Positions 11,928 to 23,854 of a DNA stretch of 64,000 nt are shown in pieces. Origin of the DNA: an uncultured Spirochaetota bacterium (GTDB taxonomy: Bacteria > Spirochaetota > Spirochaetia > SZUA-6 > Fen-1364); the NCBI GenBank assembly GCA_963734545.1, contig CAVTHO010000007.1, forward strand, positions 576,001-640,000, given 5' to 3'. The notes under the pieces were generated by a model. It was not told the DNA's origin, ran no database searches, and was given only the letters and a program-made list of their open reading frames with translations. Position numbers and translations under genes: made by a program. Every line of letters starts with the position of its first letter. The stretch's first letter is position 1.

Positions 11928-13148
11928 TCAGTCAGGGTTGCGTTTCAACAACAGGGCGCGGCAGCCGTATTGCTTTCTGCTCGCGACAAGGCGCCATCCG
12001 CGCAGGCCGGCGAGAAACCGATGCGCCTCCGTGCTCGTGCTCACGATGAAAAGCATGCCCCCGGGCTTGACGACGACAGTGGCGGCTTCCGCCATCTCCG
12101 ACTGCCAGGGAACACGCGGGATGGGGTGAGGCGCAGCGCAGAAGAAATCAATGCTTGCGCGGGGCAGGATGTCGAGGAGCCCGATTTCGGAGGGAATCGC
12201 GGCGGCTGTGCGCGGCTCCCTTCCGAACGCCCCCAGGTTGCGCCGAGTGATTTCCAGCTCAAGGGAATCCCGGCTCGCAAGACTGATGCCCGAGACGGCC
12301 CGCGAATGGCGGCGCAGGAGGTACGCCACGAGATGTCCCTGGCCGGGGTTCCAGGCAAGGAGCTCGCCTTTGACGGGCTGGGCGCGAAGCAGGTCGAGGG
12401 AAACAGAGAGGGAGTAGCCGAGGGTGTCAAAATCCGGGAGTGACCACGCTGTTTCGATCTCGTACGAAACATCGGGGCCGGAGAATTCCTGCCTGCCTCT
12501 GATGTAAGGCGCCAGGTCGGGCAGGGGTGTGGTGCCGATTGCATGTGCCTGTCCAGGCCGAAAATGCAGCGTCGTGTGCCTCTTTGTCGTCTCGGAATGG
12601 ACGATTTCGCAGCCGAGCGCCTTCAAGGTGGAAAGCGTAAAAGGGACCAGCGGCGCGACCACCACCACCGCGGCGCGCCCCTGCGGAGTCAGGAAAGCGG
12701 CGACATGACGGAAAAAAGCCTCGAGAACGGGCTGACCGGCCTTGGCGGGCAGGTTCGAGGTCACCAGGTCGAACGACCGGCCATCGAGGTGGTGGAAGGC
12801 GAGCCCGCACTGCACCTCGATAGCCTCTCCCCCGTTCTTCCGGCTGTTCTCCTCCGCAAAAGCGACAGCCATGGCGTCGCGGTCCTGGAGAACGACTGTG
12901 GCGGCCGGCGATCTGCTATGGATGCAGATGCCGATCACACCGACGCCGCAGCCGATGTCAAGGCAGGACCGGACCTCATCCAGGTCAATGTGCTGCGCAA
13001 TCCCTTTCAGCAGGAGTCGGGTGCCTTCGTCGATATCGAAACTGCTGAACAGGGCATGCGAAAGGCTGAATGTCAGATCCTTGCCGCAGAATCTGAATTT
13101 TATTATCTTATTGACGTAGGACGAAAAGTGCTTCATCGAAAAAGGCAC
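11928..13148 (-). CDS. Class I SAM-dependent methyltransferase (MTS/RsmC-like, two domains)
   Basis: LFSSFDIDEGT, LDIGCGVG and FDLVTSNLP, plus a degenerate second domain (WNPGQG, VKPGG). Confidence 0.8.
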   Translation of the reverse strand: MPFSMKHFSSYVNKIIKFRFCGKDLTFSLSHALFSSFDIDEGTRLLLKGIAQHIDLDEVRSCLDIGCGVGVIGICIHSRSPAATVVLQDRDAMAVAFAEENSRKNGGEAIEVQCGLAFHHLDGRSFDLVTSNLPAKAGQPVLEAFFRHVAAFLTPQGRAAVVVVAPLVPFTLSTLKALGCEIVHSETTKRHTTLHFRPGQAHAIGTTPLPDLAPYIRGRQEFSGPDVSYEIETAWSLPDFDTLGYSLSVSLDLLRAQPVKGELLAWNPGQGHLVAYLLRRHSRAVSGISLASRDSLELEITRRNLGAFGREPRTAAAIPSEIGLLDILPRASIDFFCAAPHPIPRVPWQSEMAEAATVVVKPGGMLFIVSTSTEAHRFLAGLRGWRLVASRKQYGCRALLLKRNPD

Positions 13149-13177
13149 GGAGGATTATAGCCCCCGCCGCGCCTCGG

Positions 13178-13206
13178 TTGACAAGAGGTTCCGTATAGTG
13201 TATTTT
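13178..13206 (+). promoter_or_regulatory. Sigma70-type promoter of the rimP-nusA-infB operon
   Basis: TTGACA (13178-13183), 17-nt spacer, TATTTT (13201-13206). Confidence 0.65.
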
Positions 13207-13214
13207 TTCAGGAG

Positions 13215-13243
13215 AAAGAGTCGGCCGCGAGACTCTTTTTTTT
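13215..13243 (+). terminator. rimP-leader type attenuator hairpin
   Basis: AAAGAGTC-ggccgcga-GACTCTTT followed by a T-run, located between the promoter and rimP. Confidence 0.75.
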
Positions 13244-13289
13244 GTACCCACGCGCGACATGCAGGCCGGCAATGCGCGCGAGGTCGAAG

Positions 13290-13799
13290 GTGGATGGAGT
13301 GTACTCGGAGCTTTTCGAAAAAGAAGTCCGGGATGCGGTCGAGCCGCTGCTGGCGGGGATGGGGATCTTCCTGGTGGAGCTTTCCATCGGGCGCCTCAAG
13401 GGCGTTGCCCGCGTGAGCGTGGTGATCCACCGCAAAGACCGAGTGCCGCAAGTTCGCGGCGAAGGCGTGGGCATAGACGATTGCGCGGAGGTCTCACGCC
13501 TGCTCCTGCCGCGGCTGCAGACCATCGAGGGGCTTGTGGATGTAAGCCTCGAGGTCAGCTCGCCGGGCATTGAACGGACCATCCGGAGCCCTGCCGAGTA
13601 CGAGATCTTTGTCGGCAGGGGCGTGCGGATACTCGCCGGGACCGACACGGAGTGGTTCGGCGGCATCATCGACCGGGTGGAGGCAGGCACCCTCTGGCTG
13701 AAGAAGGGCAGGGAGAAGCGCGGGTTCGCGCTCGCTGAGATTCGCAAAGCGCGATTGGACTATTCGGTGGAGGTTGAGGAAGCCAAAAATGCAGTCTGA
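13290..13799 (+). CDS. rimP: Ribosome maturation factor RimP (start codon uncertain)
   Basis: GVGIDDCAEVSR and LEVSSPGIER; upstream of nusA. Confidence 0.92.
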   Translation: MDGVYSELFEKEVRDAVEPLLAGMGIFLVELSIGRLKGVARVSVVIHRKDRVPQVRGEGVGIDDCAEVSRLLLPRLQTIEGLVDVSLEVSSPGIERTIRSPAEYEIFVGRGVRILAGTDTEWFGGIIDRVEAGTLWLKKGREKRGFALAEIRKARLDYSVEVEEAKNAV

Positions 13800-15414
13800 A
13801 CTGTCGCAGGCAATCAAGCAGCTCGTGCAGGAGCGGGGGATCCCCGAGGACCTGGTCATGAGCACGATCGAGAACTTCCTCCTCGCCGCGTACAAGAAGA
13901 AGTACGGGGTGGTGGACAACGCCGTGGTGCGCTTCAGCGATGACAGCACCGAGGTGACTCTGTTCGCCAAGAAGAAGATCGTTCTCGACGACGACCTGGA
14001 CGACCCGGTCTACGAGATGCCGCTCTCGGAGGCCCTCGAGCTGAACGAGGAGTGCGAGGTCGGGGACGAGCTCCTCATCGAGATCAACCCGAAGGAGTTC
14101 GACCGCGTTTCCGTGCAGAGCGCCAAGCAGAAGGCGCGCCAGAGCCTGCGGGAGATCCAGAAGGACACGCTGTACTCGGAGTACAAGGACAAGGTCGGTG
14201 AGATGATCATCGGCTACTACCAGCGCGAGCGCAACGGCAACATCTACGTCGACCTCGGCAAGACCGAGGGTATCCTCCCCAAGAAGTACCAGTCCCCGCG
14301 CGAGATCTACCATCCCAACGACCGGATCAAGGCGCTGATCTACGAGGTGGTGAAGACGCCCACGGGGCTGCAGATCGTGCTTTCGCGCAACCACGCGGAG
14401 TTCGTGAAGAAGATCTTCGAGCTCGAGGTGCCGGAGATCTACGACAAGACCATCGAGATCATGAAGATCGTGCGGGAGCCCGGCTACCGCACCAAGATCG
14501 CGGTGCGCTCCACGCGCGAGGACGTGGACCCGGTCGGCGCCTGCGTCGGCCTGAAGGGCGTGCGCATCCAGGCCGTTGTGCGCGAGCTGGAGGGCGAGAA
14601 GATCGACATCCTGCGCTACTCGCTGGACTCGCGCAGCTTCATCAAGAACGCCCTGTCACCCGCCGAGGTGAACCAGGTGGTCATCCTCGACGAGCCGAAG
14701 AAGCTCGCCCTGGCCATCGTGCCGGACGCCTCCTTCTCCCTGGCCATCGGCAAGCAGGGACTGAACGTGCGCCTGGCCAACCGGCTCACGGACTGGAACA
14801 TCGACGTCAAGACGGAGAGCCAGTTCTCCGAGATGGACATCTCCGCGGAGGCCAAGCGCGCCGTTTCGGCCCTCTTCGGCGAGCCGGAGGAGGAGATCCA
14901 GAAGATCTCCGAGCTGCCCGGGCATCCCGCAGCGGCTGGTCGAAATACTGGAGAAGGACAAGATCGACGACATCGAGAGCCTCGTCGCCCTCGCCCCGGA
15001 GCAGCTCGCGGCCCTGGAGGGCATCACCGCCGGAAGACATCCAGACCCTGCACAAGATCATCGAGGAGAACGTCGAGATCGTGGAGGAAGAGCCCGTCGG
15101 AGGAGGCGGCCGGCGCGGAAGAGCGACGGCGGAAGCTGGCCGGCGCGGAGACCGCCGCAGCCTGCAGGCGGAGCGCGGCGGAGCCGCGGCCGGAGCAGGC
15201 CGCGGAGGCCGGTCGGCCCCCGTTGAGCGTTCCTCTGCCGAAGGCAGCCGCAGGCAGCCCGGATGGAAGTCGTCGCGGAAGAGACACGTACGAGTGCCCT
15301 GAGTGCGGACCGTCCATCACGCCGGACATGGCTACTTGTCCAAATTGCGGCGTCGGTTTAACCTTCGAGGAGAGCGCAGAAGACACACCGCCAGGGGCGG
15401 ACAAGGAAGAGTAA
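13789..15414 (+). CDS. nusA: Transcription termination factor NusA with C-terminal Zn-ribbon (frameshifts near 14920-15040)
   Basis: [31 protein letters not shown]; terminal CPEC-x10-CPNC. Confidence 0.96.
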   Translation: MQSELSQAIKQLVQERGIPEDLVMSTIENFLLAAYKKKYGVVDNAVVRFSDDSTEVTLFAKKKIVLDDDLDDPVYEMPLSEALELNEECEVGDELLIEINPKEFDRVSVQSAKQKARQSLREIQKDTLYSEYKDKVGEMIIGYYQRERNGNIYVDLGKTEGILPKKYQSPREIYHPNDRIKALIYEVVKTPTGLQIVLSRNHAEFVKKIFELEVPEIYDKTIEIMKIVREPGYRTKIAVRSTREDVDPVGACVGLKGVRIQAVVRELEGEKIDILRYSLDSRSFIKNALSPAEVNQVVILDEPKKLALAIVPDASFSLAIGKQGLNVRLANRLTDWNIDVKTESQFSEMDISAEAKRAVSALFGEPEEEIQKISELPGHPAAAGRNTGEGQDRRHREPRRPRPGAARGPGGHHRRKTSRPCTRSSRRTSRSWRKSPSEEAAGAEERRRKLAGAETAAACRRSAAEPRPEQAAEAGRPPLSVPLPKAAAGSPDGSRRGRDTYECPECGPSITPDMATCPNCGVGLTFEESAEDTPPGADKEE

Positions 15415-15424
15415 GAGAGCAGGT

Positions 15425-17995
15425 ATGCCCGAGGAACTGGACAGCAAGAAAAAACCCAAGACCACGCTCATCAAGCACAAGAAGGCGGAGGAGGAGATCC
15501 CGGTCGGTCGTCGAAGAAGCCGCCTCCTCCCGGAAAAGAAAAAGGTGGTCGTGGTCAAGAAAAAGGTCGTCGTGGTCGCCAAGAAGACCGACGCACAAGG
15601 TGGTGGCGGCAGCACCCGAGGCCGCGAAGCCCGAGGCTGCTGCCGCTCCGCGCGCCGCCGCCGCAAAGCCTGCCGCGCGCCGCCCATCCCCCTGCACATG
15701 CGCAGCCCGAAGCTGCTCCACGCGGCAGGCGCGCGCCCTGCCCAGGCGCAGGCCCACGCGCACGCGCCAGCGCGCGCTCACCCGCGGCCCGTCCGCCGGC
15801 GCATCGCTCCGCTCGAGCGGGGAACGGCCCCGCGTTCATTCACCGCCGGAAAAGAGGCCCGAGCCCGCGGCCTTCCGTGCGCGAATCCGTGCGGGAAAAG
15901 ATGCGGCTGACCCCGCTTCCCCCGCGGCCTGCCGGCCCGCCGCCGCCGACAGGGAGGTCAGGGCGGCCCGCAGGGGTATGGCCCCCCGCGCTCGGGCCAG
16001 CGGCCCCGCCGCCCGGACAGCGGCGGCTCTTCATCAGTCGACGGGCACCGACGACAAGAAGCCGCCGGCCAAGAAGTTCTTCTCCAAGGCCAAGAGGAAG
16101 ATCGAGTATCCGAAGCGCAAGCACGATCAGCCGGAGGAGAAGTACCTGCAGGTCAAGAAGAAGACCGTCATCATGGCCAACCCGGTGCCCAAGGAGATCT
16201 CCATCACGGAGGGCATCACGGTTTCCGACCTGGCCAAGAAGATGAACCTCAAGAGCTCGGACCTCATCCACAAGCTCATGGGCATGGGGATGATGGTCAC
16301 GATCAACCAGCAGATCGACTCGGACACGGCATCCCTTCTGGCCGCGGAGTACGACTGCAAGGTGAACGTGGTCTCCCTGTACGACGAGACGGTGATCGAG
16401 GAAGACAAGGAGCTGGCAGGAGGACCTCAGGCCCCGGCCGCCCATCGTCACGATCATGGGACACGTCGACCACGGCAAGACCAAGCTCCTGGACGCCATC
16501 CGCAGCGCCAACGTCGCGGAGGGCGAGTACGGCGGCATCACGCAGCACATCGGCGCCTACTGCGTCGACCTCCCGGCCACGGCGGAGGCATCAGGGCGGA
16601 TCGTGTTCCTGGACACCCCGGGCCACGAGGCGTTCACCATGATGCGGGCCCGCGGCGCCCAGGTGACGGACATCGTCGTGCTGGTCGTCTCCGCGGTGGA
16701 CGGGGTCATGCCGCAGACCATCGAGGCCATCAACCACGCCAAGCAGGCGGAGGTCCCGATCATCGTCGCGGTCAACAAGGTGGACCTCGCCGAGGCGAAC
16801 GTGGAGCTGGTGAAGCGGCAGCTCTCCGAGCACGGCCTGACCCCCGAGGAGTGGGGCGGCACCACGCATCTACAACGAGGTCTCGGCCCTCAAGAAGACG
16901 GGCATCAAGGAGCTGCTGGAAAGCATCCTGCTGCAGGCCGAGGTGCTCGAGCTGAAGGCGAGCTACGAGAGCACGGGCGCTCGGGCATCGTGCTGGAGTC
17001 CCGCGTGGACATGGGACGCGGCATCGTGGCCACGGTGATACTGCAGAAGGGTACCCTGCGCGCGGGAGATTCCTTCGTGGCCGGCATCTATTCGGGCAAG
17101 GTGCGCGCCCTCTTCAACGACAAGGGAGAGAAGGTCACCGAGGCCACTCCGTCCCTTCCCGTGGAGGTCATCGGCTTCACCAGCATCCCCAACGCGGGCG
17201 ACCCGTTCCAGGTCACCGACACCGAGCAGACGGCACGGACCATCGGCAGCAAGCGCCAGGAGCTGAAGAAGCAGGAGGAGTCGAAGAACGTCAAGAAGGT
17301 CACGCTGGACAACCTGTACGAGCAGATCAAGGAAGGCCAGATCCAGGAGCTGAAGGTCATCATCAAGGCGGACGTGGCCGGCTCCGTGGAGGCCCTGAAG
17401 TCCTCCCTGCAGAAGCTGTCGACCTCCGAGGTGAAGCTGGAGGTGATCCACGCCGCGGCGGGGGCCATCAACGAGGGCGACGTCATGCTCGCCTCCACCT
17501 CCAACGCCCTGATCGTCGGGTTCCACGTGCGGCCGAGCGCCGCGGCGCAGAGCCTCGCGGACCGCGAGAAGGTGGAGATCCGCAAGTACAACATCATCTA
17601 CGACGCGCTGGAGGACATCCGCTCCGCCATGGAAGGCCTGCTGAAGCCCGAGCTTCGGGAGGAGCAGATCGGCACCGTCGAGGTGCGCAACACCTTCAAG
17701 ATCCCGAAGATCGGCACCATCGCCGGCTGCCAGGTCATGAGCGGGCAAGGTGAGGCGCAACGCCGACGTCCGGCTCATCCGGGACGGCGTGGAGATCTTC
17801 AAGGGCAAGATCTCCTCGCTGAAGCGGTTCAAGGACGACGCGCGCGAGGTCGAGGAAGGCTTCGAGTGCGGCATCGGCCTGGAAGGCTTCCACGACATCA
17901 AGGTCGGGGACACCATCGAGGTCTACGAGACCCGGGAGCTCGCCAAGAAGCTGGAGGGGAGCCGCGATGGCGGAAGTAAGGCTCCGGCGAATTGA
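15425..17995 (+). CDS. infB: Translation initiation factor IF-2 (several frameshifts)
   Basis: [44 protein letters not shown]. Confidence 0.96.
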
Positions 17996-18315
17996 GAGCC
18001 TCCTGCGGCAGGAGATCTGCTCCATGATCTTCACGGGGGAGATCAAGGACCCGCGAATCGAGCAGCTCACGACGGTGACCGAGGTCAAGGTCTCCCGCGA
18101 CCTCGGCCACGCCAAGGTCTGGGTGTCCCGCTTCGGGACCGGGCCGCGGTGGCCGGCAGCGTGGACGGCCCTCAACCATGCCGCGGGCTACATCCAGGGC
18201 GTTCTCTCCAAGCGCATCTCCCTGCGGATCTTCCCCCGGCTCACATTCCTGCGTCGACGACTCCATGGAGAACGGGTTCCGCATCGCGCAGAAGCTGCGG
18301 GACATCATGCATTGA
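17967..18315 (+). CDS. rbfA: Ribosome-binding factor A (frameshifted)
   Basis: [24 protein letters not shown] and PRLTF; a TGA at 18313-18315 overlaps the truB TTG. Confidence 0.9.
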
Positions 18316-19212
18316 CAGAAGGCATCATCCTCCTCGACAAGCCCGCCGGGTCAGACCTCCTTCCAGTCACTGGGCGAGCTGAAACGACGCCTGGGCACCG
18401 GACGGGTGGGGCACGCGGGCACGCTGGACAAGTTCGCGGAAGGCCTCCTGGTCGTGCTTGCCGGCCGCATGACGCGGCTGTGCGCTTTCGCCACCTCCCT
18501 GGACAAGGAATACGTCGCCAAGGTCTTTTTCGGACGCACCACGGACACGCTGGACCCGGAAGGGCAGGTGACGGAAACCGGATCGGTCCCTTCCCGAGCG
18601 GAGATCGAGGGCGCACTGTCGGGTTTCAAAGGCACGATTCTCCAGACGCCGCCGGCATATTCCGCAGTCCACGTCGGCGGCACACGCGCGTACAAGGCGG
18701 CACGGGCGGGGGAGCCCCTGGTCATACCTCCCCGCGAAGTGACCATCGACAGGATCGACCTCATCGATTTCAAGTCCCCCGAAGCGACACTCCGCGTCTC
18801 CTGTTCAAAGGGCACGTACATCCGCTCCCTCGCGCGGGATATCGCTGAGAGTCTGGGCACCTGCGCGTTCGTTTCAGAGCTTCGCCGGGTCCGCATCGGC
18901 GGATTCCTCCTGGAACAGGCGGTACCGCCCGACCTGTTCGATCCACGGACCGATCTCCTGCCTCCGGATAGGTTTTTCGACGCCGCGCCGGGCCTCGGCA
19001 GGCTCGTGGTGAGGGAATCCTGGGCTTCCCGGGTCGGGAACGGATATCCGCTGGACACTGAGAGCTTCGAGGCCGTGCCGGATGGGGACGGGCTCTTCGG
19101 CGCGTTTTCCCGCTCCGGAAGACTCCTGGCAGTGACGGAAAAGCGGGCGGGCGGATGGAGATACGCTGCCGCATTCCCGGAGGAGCCGCGGCCGGACGAG
19201 GACCCGGTATGA
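18312..19212 (+). CDS. truB: tRNA pseudouridine(55) synthase TruB (frameshift near 18350)
   Basis: LLDKPAG, GHAGTLDKFAEG, PPAYSA, CSKGTYIRSL. Confidence 0.93.
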
Positions 19213-19997
19213 CCGTGCTCACCTGGGACAGCCTGCTGGGCCGGAGGGCGCCTCTTGACAGGCCTGTGCGCATGACAATCGGGACTTTCGACGGCCTTCA
19301 TATCGGGCACCGAAGGCTCATGAAAAGCGTCGTGGAGGGAGAAGGGGCCGGCCTCCCGCTGGTCGTAACTTTTCGGCAAAGCCCTGCTGCGGTGCTGTCG
19401 CCCGGGTCGTTCCCTGGATTGATCATGACCTGGCGGCAAAAACTCGCTCGATTGGAGAGTCTGGGCATCCAGGCGGTCGTGGTAATTGACTTTTCCGAGG
19501 AAATGAGTAATCTTTCTGGCGAGGCATTCATAGGCCTGTTGAAAGAAAATCTTACCATCGAGAAGATAGTCGTCGGGCATAACTTTCGCTTTGGTAAGGG
19601 CAGGAACGCGGGGACCGACGATTTGAAGGAGATGCTATCGGGCACGGGGATCGAGGTGCAGGTGACCGAGCCGGTGCTCTGGGGCGAAAGGATAGTGTCG
19701 AGCTCCCGCATACGCACAACAATCCAGGATGGCGATTTCTCCGAGGCCAAAGCCATGCTGGTGACCGCCTACAGCCTGGACCTGCGCGGCGTTCCCGCGC
19801 GCCCAGCAGGCGGCGGGAGGCTGCATTTTTCGAAAAGTGATCTGAAGCAGGTGCTGCCCCGGCAGGGTGTGTACGCGGTAGACTGCGGTGAGGCGGCGGC
19901 ACGGCCGGGGCAGCTCACCGTCGGTGAAGACGCCCTGACGCTCCTCGTCCCGGATGGAAAAGAGATAGAGACCGTTTATTTCGAGCAAGCATATTGA
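19209..19997 (+). CDS. ribF: FAD synthetase (RibF N-terminal domain; kinase domain degenerate)
   Basis: IGTFDGLHIGH, VGHNFRFG and VSSSRIR; the kinase PTAN motif is absent. Confidence 0.85.
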   Translation: MTVLTWDSLLGRRAPLDRPVRMTIGTFDGLHIGHRRLMKSVVEGEGAGLPLVVTFRQSPAAVLSPGSFPGLIMTWRQKLARLESLGIQAVVVIDFSEEMSNLSGEAFIGLLKENLTIEKIVVGHNFRFGKGRNAGTDDLKEMLSGTGIEVQVTEPVLWGERIVSSSRIRTTIQDGDFSEAKAMLVTAYSLDLRGVPARPAGGGRLHFSKSDLKQVLPRQGVYAVDCGEAAARPGQLTVGEDALTLLVPDGKEIETVYFEQAY

Positions 19998-20022
19998 GTA
20001 AGCAAATGAAAGGAGTCGTGGA

Positions 20023-20293
20023 ATGCCACTGACGAAGCAGCTCAAGGAAGAGATTGTGAAGACATTTGGAGCCAATGAAAAGGATACCGGAAAGACGGAG
20101 GTGCAGGTCGCACTCCTCACCAAGCGCGTGGAGGAGCTGACTGAGCACTTCAAGCGTCATCCCAAGGACAACAACTCCCGACGCGGCCTGCTGATGCTCG
20201 TCGGACAGCGGCGCCGGCTGCTCGCGTACTTGCGCAAGAGAGACCTCGACAAGTACCGCGAAGATCATAGAGCGGCTCAACCTGCGCAAGTAA
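20023..20293 (+). CDS. rpsO: 30S ribosomal protein S15 (frameshift near 20265)
   Basis: [13 protein letters not shown] and [22 protein letters not shown]; LNLRK* in the shifted frame. Confidence 0.96.
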
Positions 20294-20313
20294 GCGCGAA
20301 AGCAAGGATACAG

Positions 20314-22581
20314 ATGGAACATCGTGTAACATTCAAAATCGGGGAGGAGGAGCTCATCCTCGAAACGGGCAAGATGGCCAAACAGGCCAACGGCGCGGTT
20401 TTTGCCCGGCTGGGGGGCTCTACGGTCCTGGCCACCGCCTGTTGCGCGGACAACGAGAAGGAAGACCTCGACTTCATCCCGCTCTCCGTGGACTACATCG
20501 AGAAGTACTACGCCGCGGGCAAGATCCCCGGCGGATTCATCAAGCGGGAGGGCAGGCCCAAGGACAAGGAAGTCCTGGTCTCACGGCTCATAGACCGTCC
20601 CATCCGCCCCCTTTTCTCCCGGCTTTTCCGCAGCGAGATCCAGGTCATCCCCATCGTCATCTCCACGGATCTGGTCAACCCTCCGGACATTCTGGCTATG
20701 AACGCGGCCTCCGCCGCAATCACGATTTCCGATATCCCCTTCGAGGGCCCCATCGGCGCCGTGCGCATGGGCTACGTCGACGGCGCGCTGGTGGTCAACC
20801 CGACCTTCGACCAGATCCTGGTCAGCCAGATAGACCTGATTGTCGCGGGCACTGAGAAGGGCATCACCATGGTGGAAGGCGGAGCGCACCAGGTGTCCGG
20901 AGTCCCTCATTATCGAGGCAATTGAAAAGGCGCACCTCACGATCCGCGAGCTGTGCAGGATCCAGAACGAGCTGGCGCGGCTGGCGGGAAAGCAGAAGCT
21001 CCCCCTCGTCGAAAAGCCGACGACGTTCACCCTCGGCGAGGAAGTGCGGGAATGGGCGATTTGCCAAGTTCGAAGCAGGCCTGCTTCGTCAAGGGCAAGG
21101 AGGTCCGCGCCGCGGCCATCAAGGCGGTGCGGGAAGAAGCGAAAGCTCATTTCGCCGACCGGCTTGCCGAGACCGACGTGAAGCCGGTGAAGGCGCTGTT
21201 CGAGGACATGGAGCAGGAGATCATGCGCGCCTCCATCGTGGGAAAGGGCGTCCGCACGGACGGCCGTTCGCCCGTCGCAGATCCGCCCCATCACCTGCGA
21301 GATCGACGTGCTCCCGCGCACCCATGGCGTCGGCGCTGTTCACCCGCGGGGAGACGCAGGCCCTGGTCGTGACCACGCTCGGCACCGCGCTGGACGAGCA
21401 GATCATGGACAACATCGACGGGGACAGCAGGAAGAACTTCATGCTGCACTACAATTTCCCTCCGTTCTCCGTGGGAGAAGTGGGACGCCTCGGTTCGCCC
21501 GGCCGACGCGAGATCGGGCACGGCCACCTGGCCGAGCGCGCCATCAGCATGGTCCTGCCGAGGAAGGAAAACTTCCCGTACACGATCCGCATCGTCTCGG
21601 AGATCCTCGAGTCCAACGGCTCCTCCTCCATGGCCACCGTGTGCGGAAGCACCCTGAGCCTCCTCAACGCGGGCGTGCGCATCGAGAAGCCGGTCGCGGG
21701 AATCGCGATGGGCCTCGTGAAGGAAGGCGACAAGTTCGTCGTCCTGAGCGACATCCTCGGGCGAGGAAGATCACCTCGGCGACATGGACTTCAAGGTCGC
21801 CGGCACCGAGGACGGGATCACGGCCCTCCAGATGGACATCAAGATCGAAGGGGTGAGCGCGGAGATCCTGCCAGAAGGCGCTGGGACAGGCGAAGGAAGG
21901 CCGCCTGCACATCCTGGGAATCATGAACAAGACCATTTCCGCAGCCGCGCAGCGACATCTCCGATTTCGCGCCCAAGGTCATCTCGCTCAAGGTGCCGAC
22001 GGAGAAAGATCGGGCTGATCATCGGCCCGGGCGGCAAGAACATCAAGGGAATGAGCGAGAAGACCGGCTCCACGATCAACATCGACGACGACGGCACGGT
22101 CACGATCTACAACCACCTCAAGGAGGGCGCGGAGAAGGCTCAGACGCATGGTCGAAGGCCTGATCGAGGAGGCGGTGGTCGGCAAGACGTACACCGGGCC
22201 GGTGAAGCGGATCATGGATTTCGGCGCGTTCGTCGAGATCCTTCCCGGCAAGGAAGGCCTCGTCCACATCTCCAAGCTGGCCGCCGGCCGGGTGGAGAAC
22301 GTCAGCGACGTGGTGCACGAAGGACAGGAGCTCACCGTCACGGTCACCGAGATCGACCACATGGGCCGCATCAACCTTGCCACGAAGGAAGCGCTGGATG
22401 CCAACCCCGCGCTCCTCACCGAGCACGCGGAGCGAAGGCCCCCCGCGCCGGGACGGCGACAGGCCCCGCAGCGGCGGCTACCGCGACGGCCCCCGCAGGC
22501 CAGGGCGGCTTCTCGGACAGGCCGCCCCGCCGCGATGAGGGACCGCGCAGCGGGCCCCGTCCCCCGCGGAGAGATGGGTGA
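20314..22581 (+). CDS. pnp: Polyribonucleotide nucleotidyltransferase (several frameshifts)
   Basis: [38 protein letters not shown] and S1 domains. Confidence 0.96.
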
Positions 22582-23851
22582 TCCTCACGGAAAGACTGGC
22601 GAACGGAGCACTCCTGCTCCTGGAGCCGGTCGACCGCACGGATACCCTCTGCATCGGGTTCTGGTTTCTCCACGGCTCGCGGGACGAAGGGCCGAAGGAG
22701 CGCGGGTTTTCGCACTTCCTCGAGCACATGCTCTTCAAGGGGACGGCCCGGAGGAGCGCGCTCTCGATCGCGCAGGAGATCGACCGTGTCGGCGGCATCA
22801 TCAACGCCTTCACGGAGAAGGAAACCACCTGCGTCTACGCCATCATTCCGCGCGAGCACCTGCGGCTCGCCTTCGACGTTCTCACGGACATGACGATCGG
22901 CTCCCTCCTCGACGAGGCGGAGTTGGAGAAGGAGAAGGAGGTCATCGTCAACGAGATCCGTTCGGTGGACGATTCCCCGGAGGAGAAGGGACACGACCGC
23001 TACCTGCGCGAGATGTGGGGCGACCACCCCCTCGCCCGGAAGATCACCGGCGAGGTGGATGAGGTGCGCGGCGTCGTGCCGGATGACCTCGCGCCGCTTC
23101 TATCGGGAACGGTTCGTGCCCTCCAACACGATCATCGCAGTGGCCGGCAATTTCCCCCTCGACGAAGTCCGGGACCTTGCGCAGGCCATCTACGCGGGTG
23201 CCACGCCGGCGGCGCGGCACCCGCAGCCGCCACGGACAGCGCCTTCCTGGCAGAGGAAGGTCGCTGTGGTGCCGGACCGGTTCAACCAGGTCCAGATCTA
23301 TGCCGGCACCTGCTATCCCCTGGATCACGACAGTCGACCACTACTACACGTCCCTCGTCTTCAGCACCGCCTTCGGCGAGTCCATGAGCTGCCGCCTTTT
23401 CCAGAAGCTCCGCGAGGAGCAGGCGCTCTGCTACACGGTCTACTCGTTCCGCTCGTTCTTCTCGGACACGGGCATGTGGACGATATACGCCAACGCCACC
23501 CCGGCCCTTGCGCGGAAGTTCCTCGCCGCGCTCGACCAGGAGCTCACGCGGCTTCTGAAGGAGCCGCTCTCCGACACGGAGATCGGTGACGCGCAAAGCC
23601 ACCTCGTCGGGAGCATGATCCTCTCCCGCGAGGACATGGAAACGCGCATGAAACGTCTCGTGCGCCAGCACATGATGATGGACCGCATTCTCGAGTTCGA
23701 CGAGTCGGTTGCCGCTCTGCGCAGGGTGAGCGCCGGGGCGGTGGAGAGCTACGCCCGCCAATGCCTCAAAAGGAAGGCGTTCAGCCTCCTTGCCTACGGC
23801 AGCCGGGGCATGGCCGCCGTGCGGGGCTTCAACTTCACCTTCCCGGATTGA
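22578..23851 (+). CDS. M16 (pitrilysin/insulinase) family zinc peptidase (frameshifts near 23090 and 23330)
   Basis: [11 protein letters not shown] (HxxEH), [16 protein letters not shown]. Confidence 0.92.
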
Positions 23852-23854
23852 GCC

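Noticed and set aside
15425-16030. Low-complexity Ala/Pro/Arg stretch with several overlapping ORFs
   Set aside because: This is the variable IF-2 N-terminal region scrambled by indels, not separate genes.
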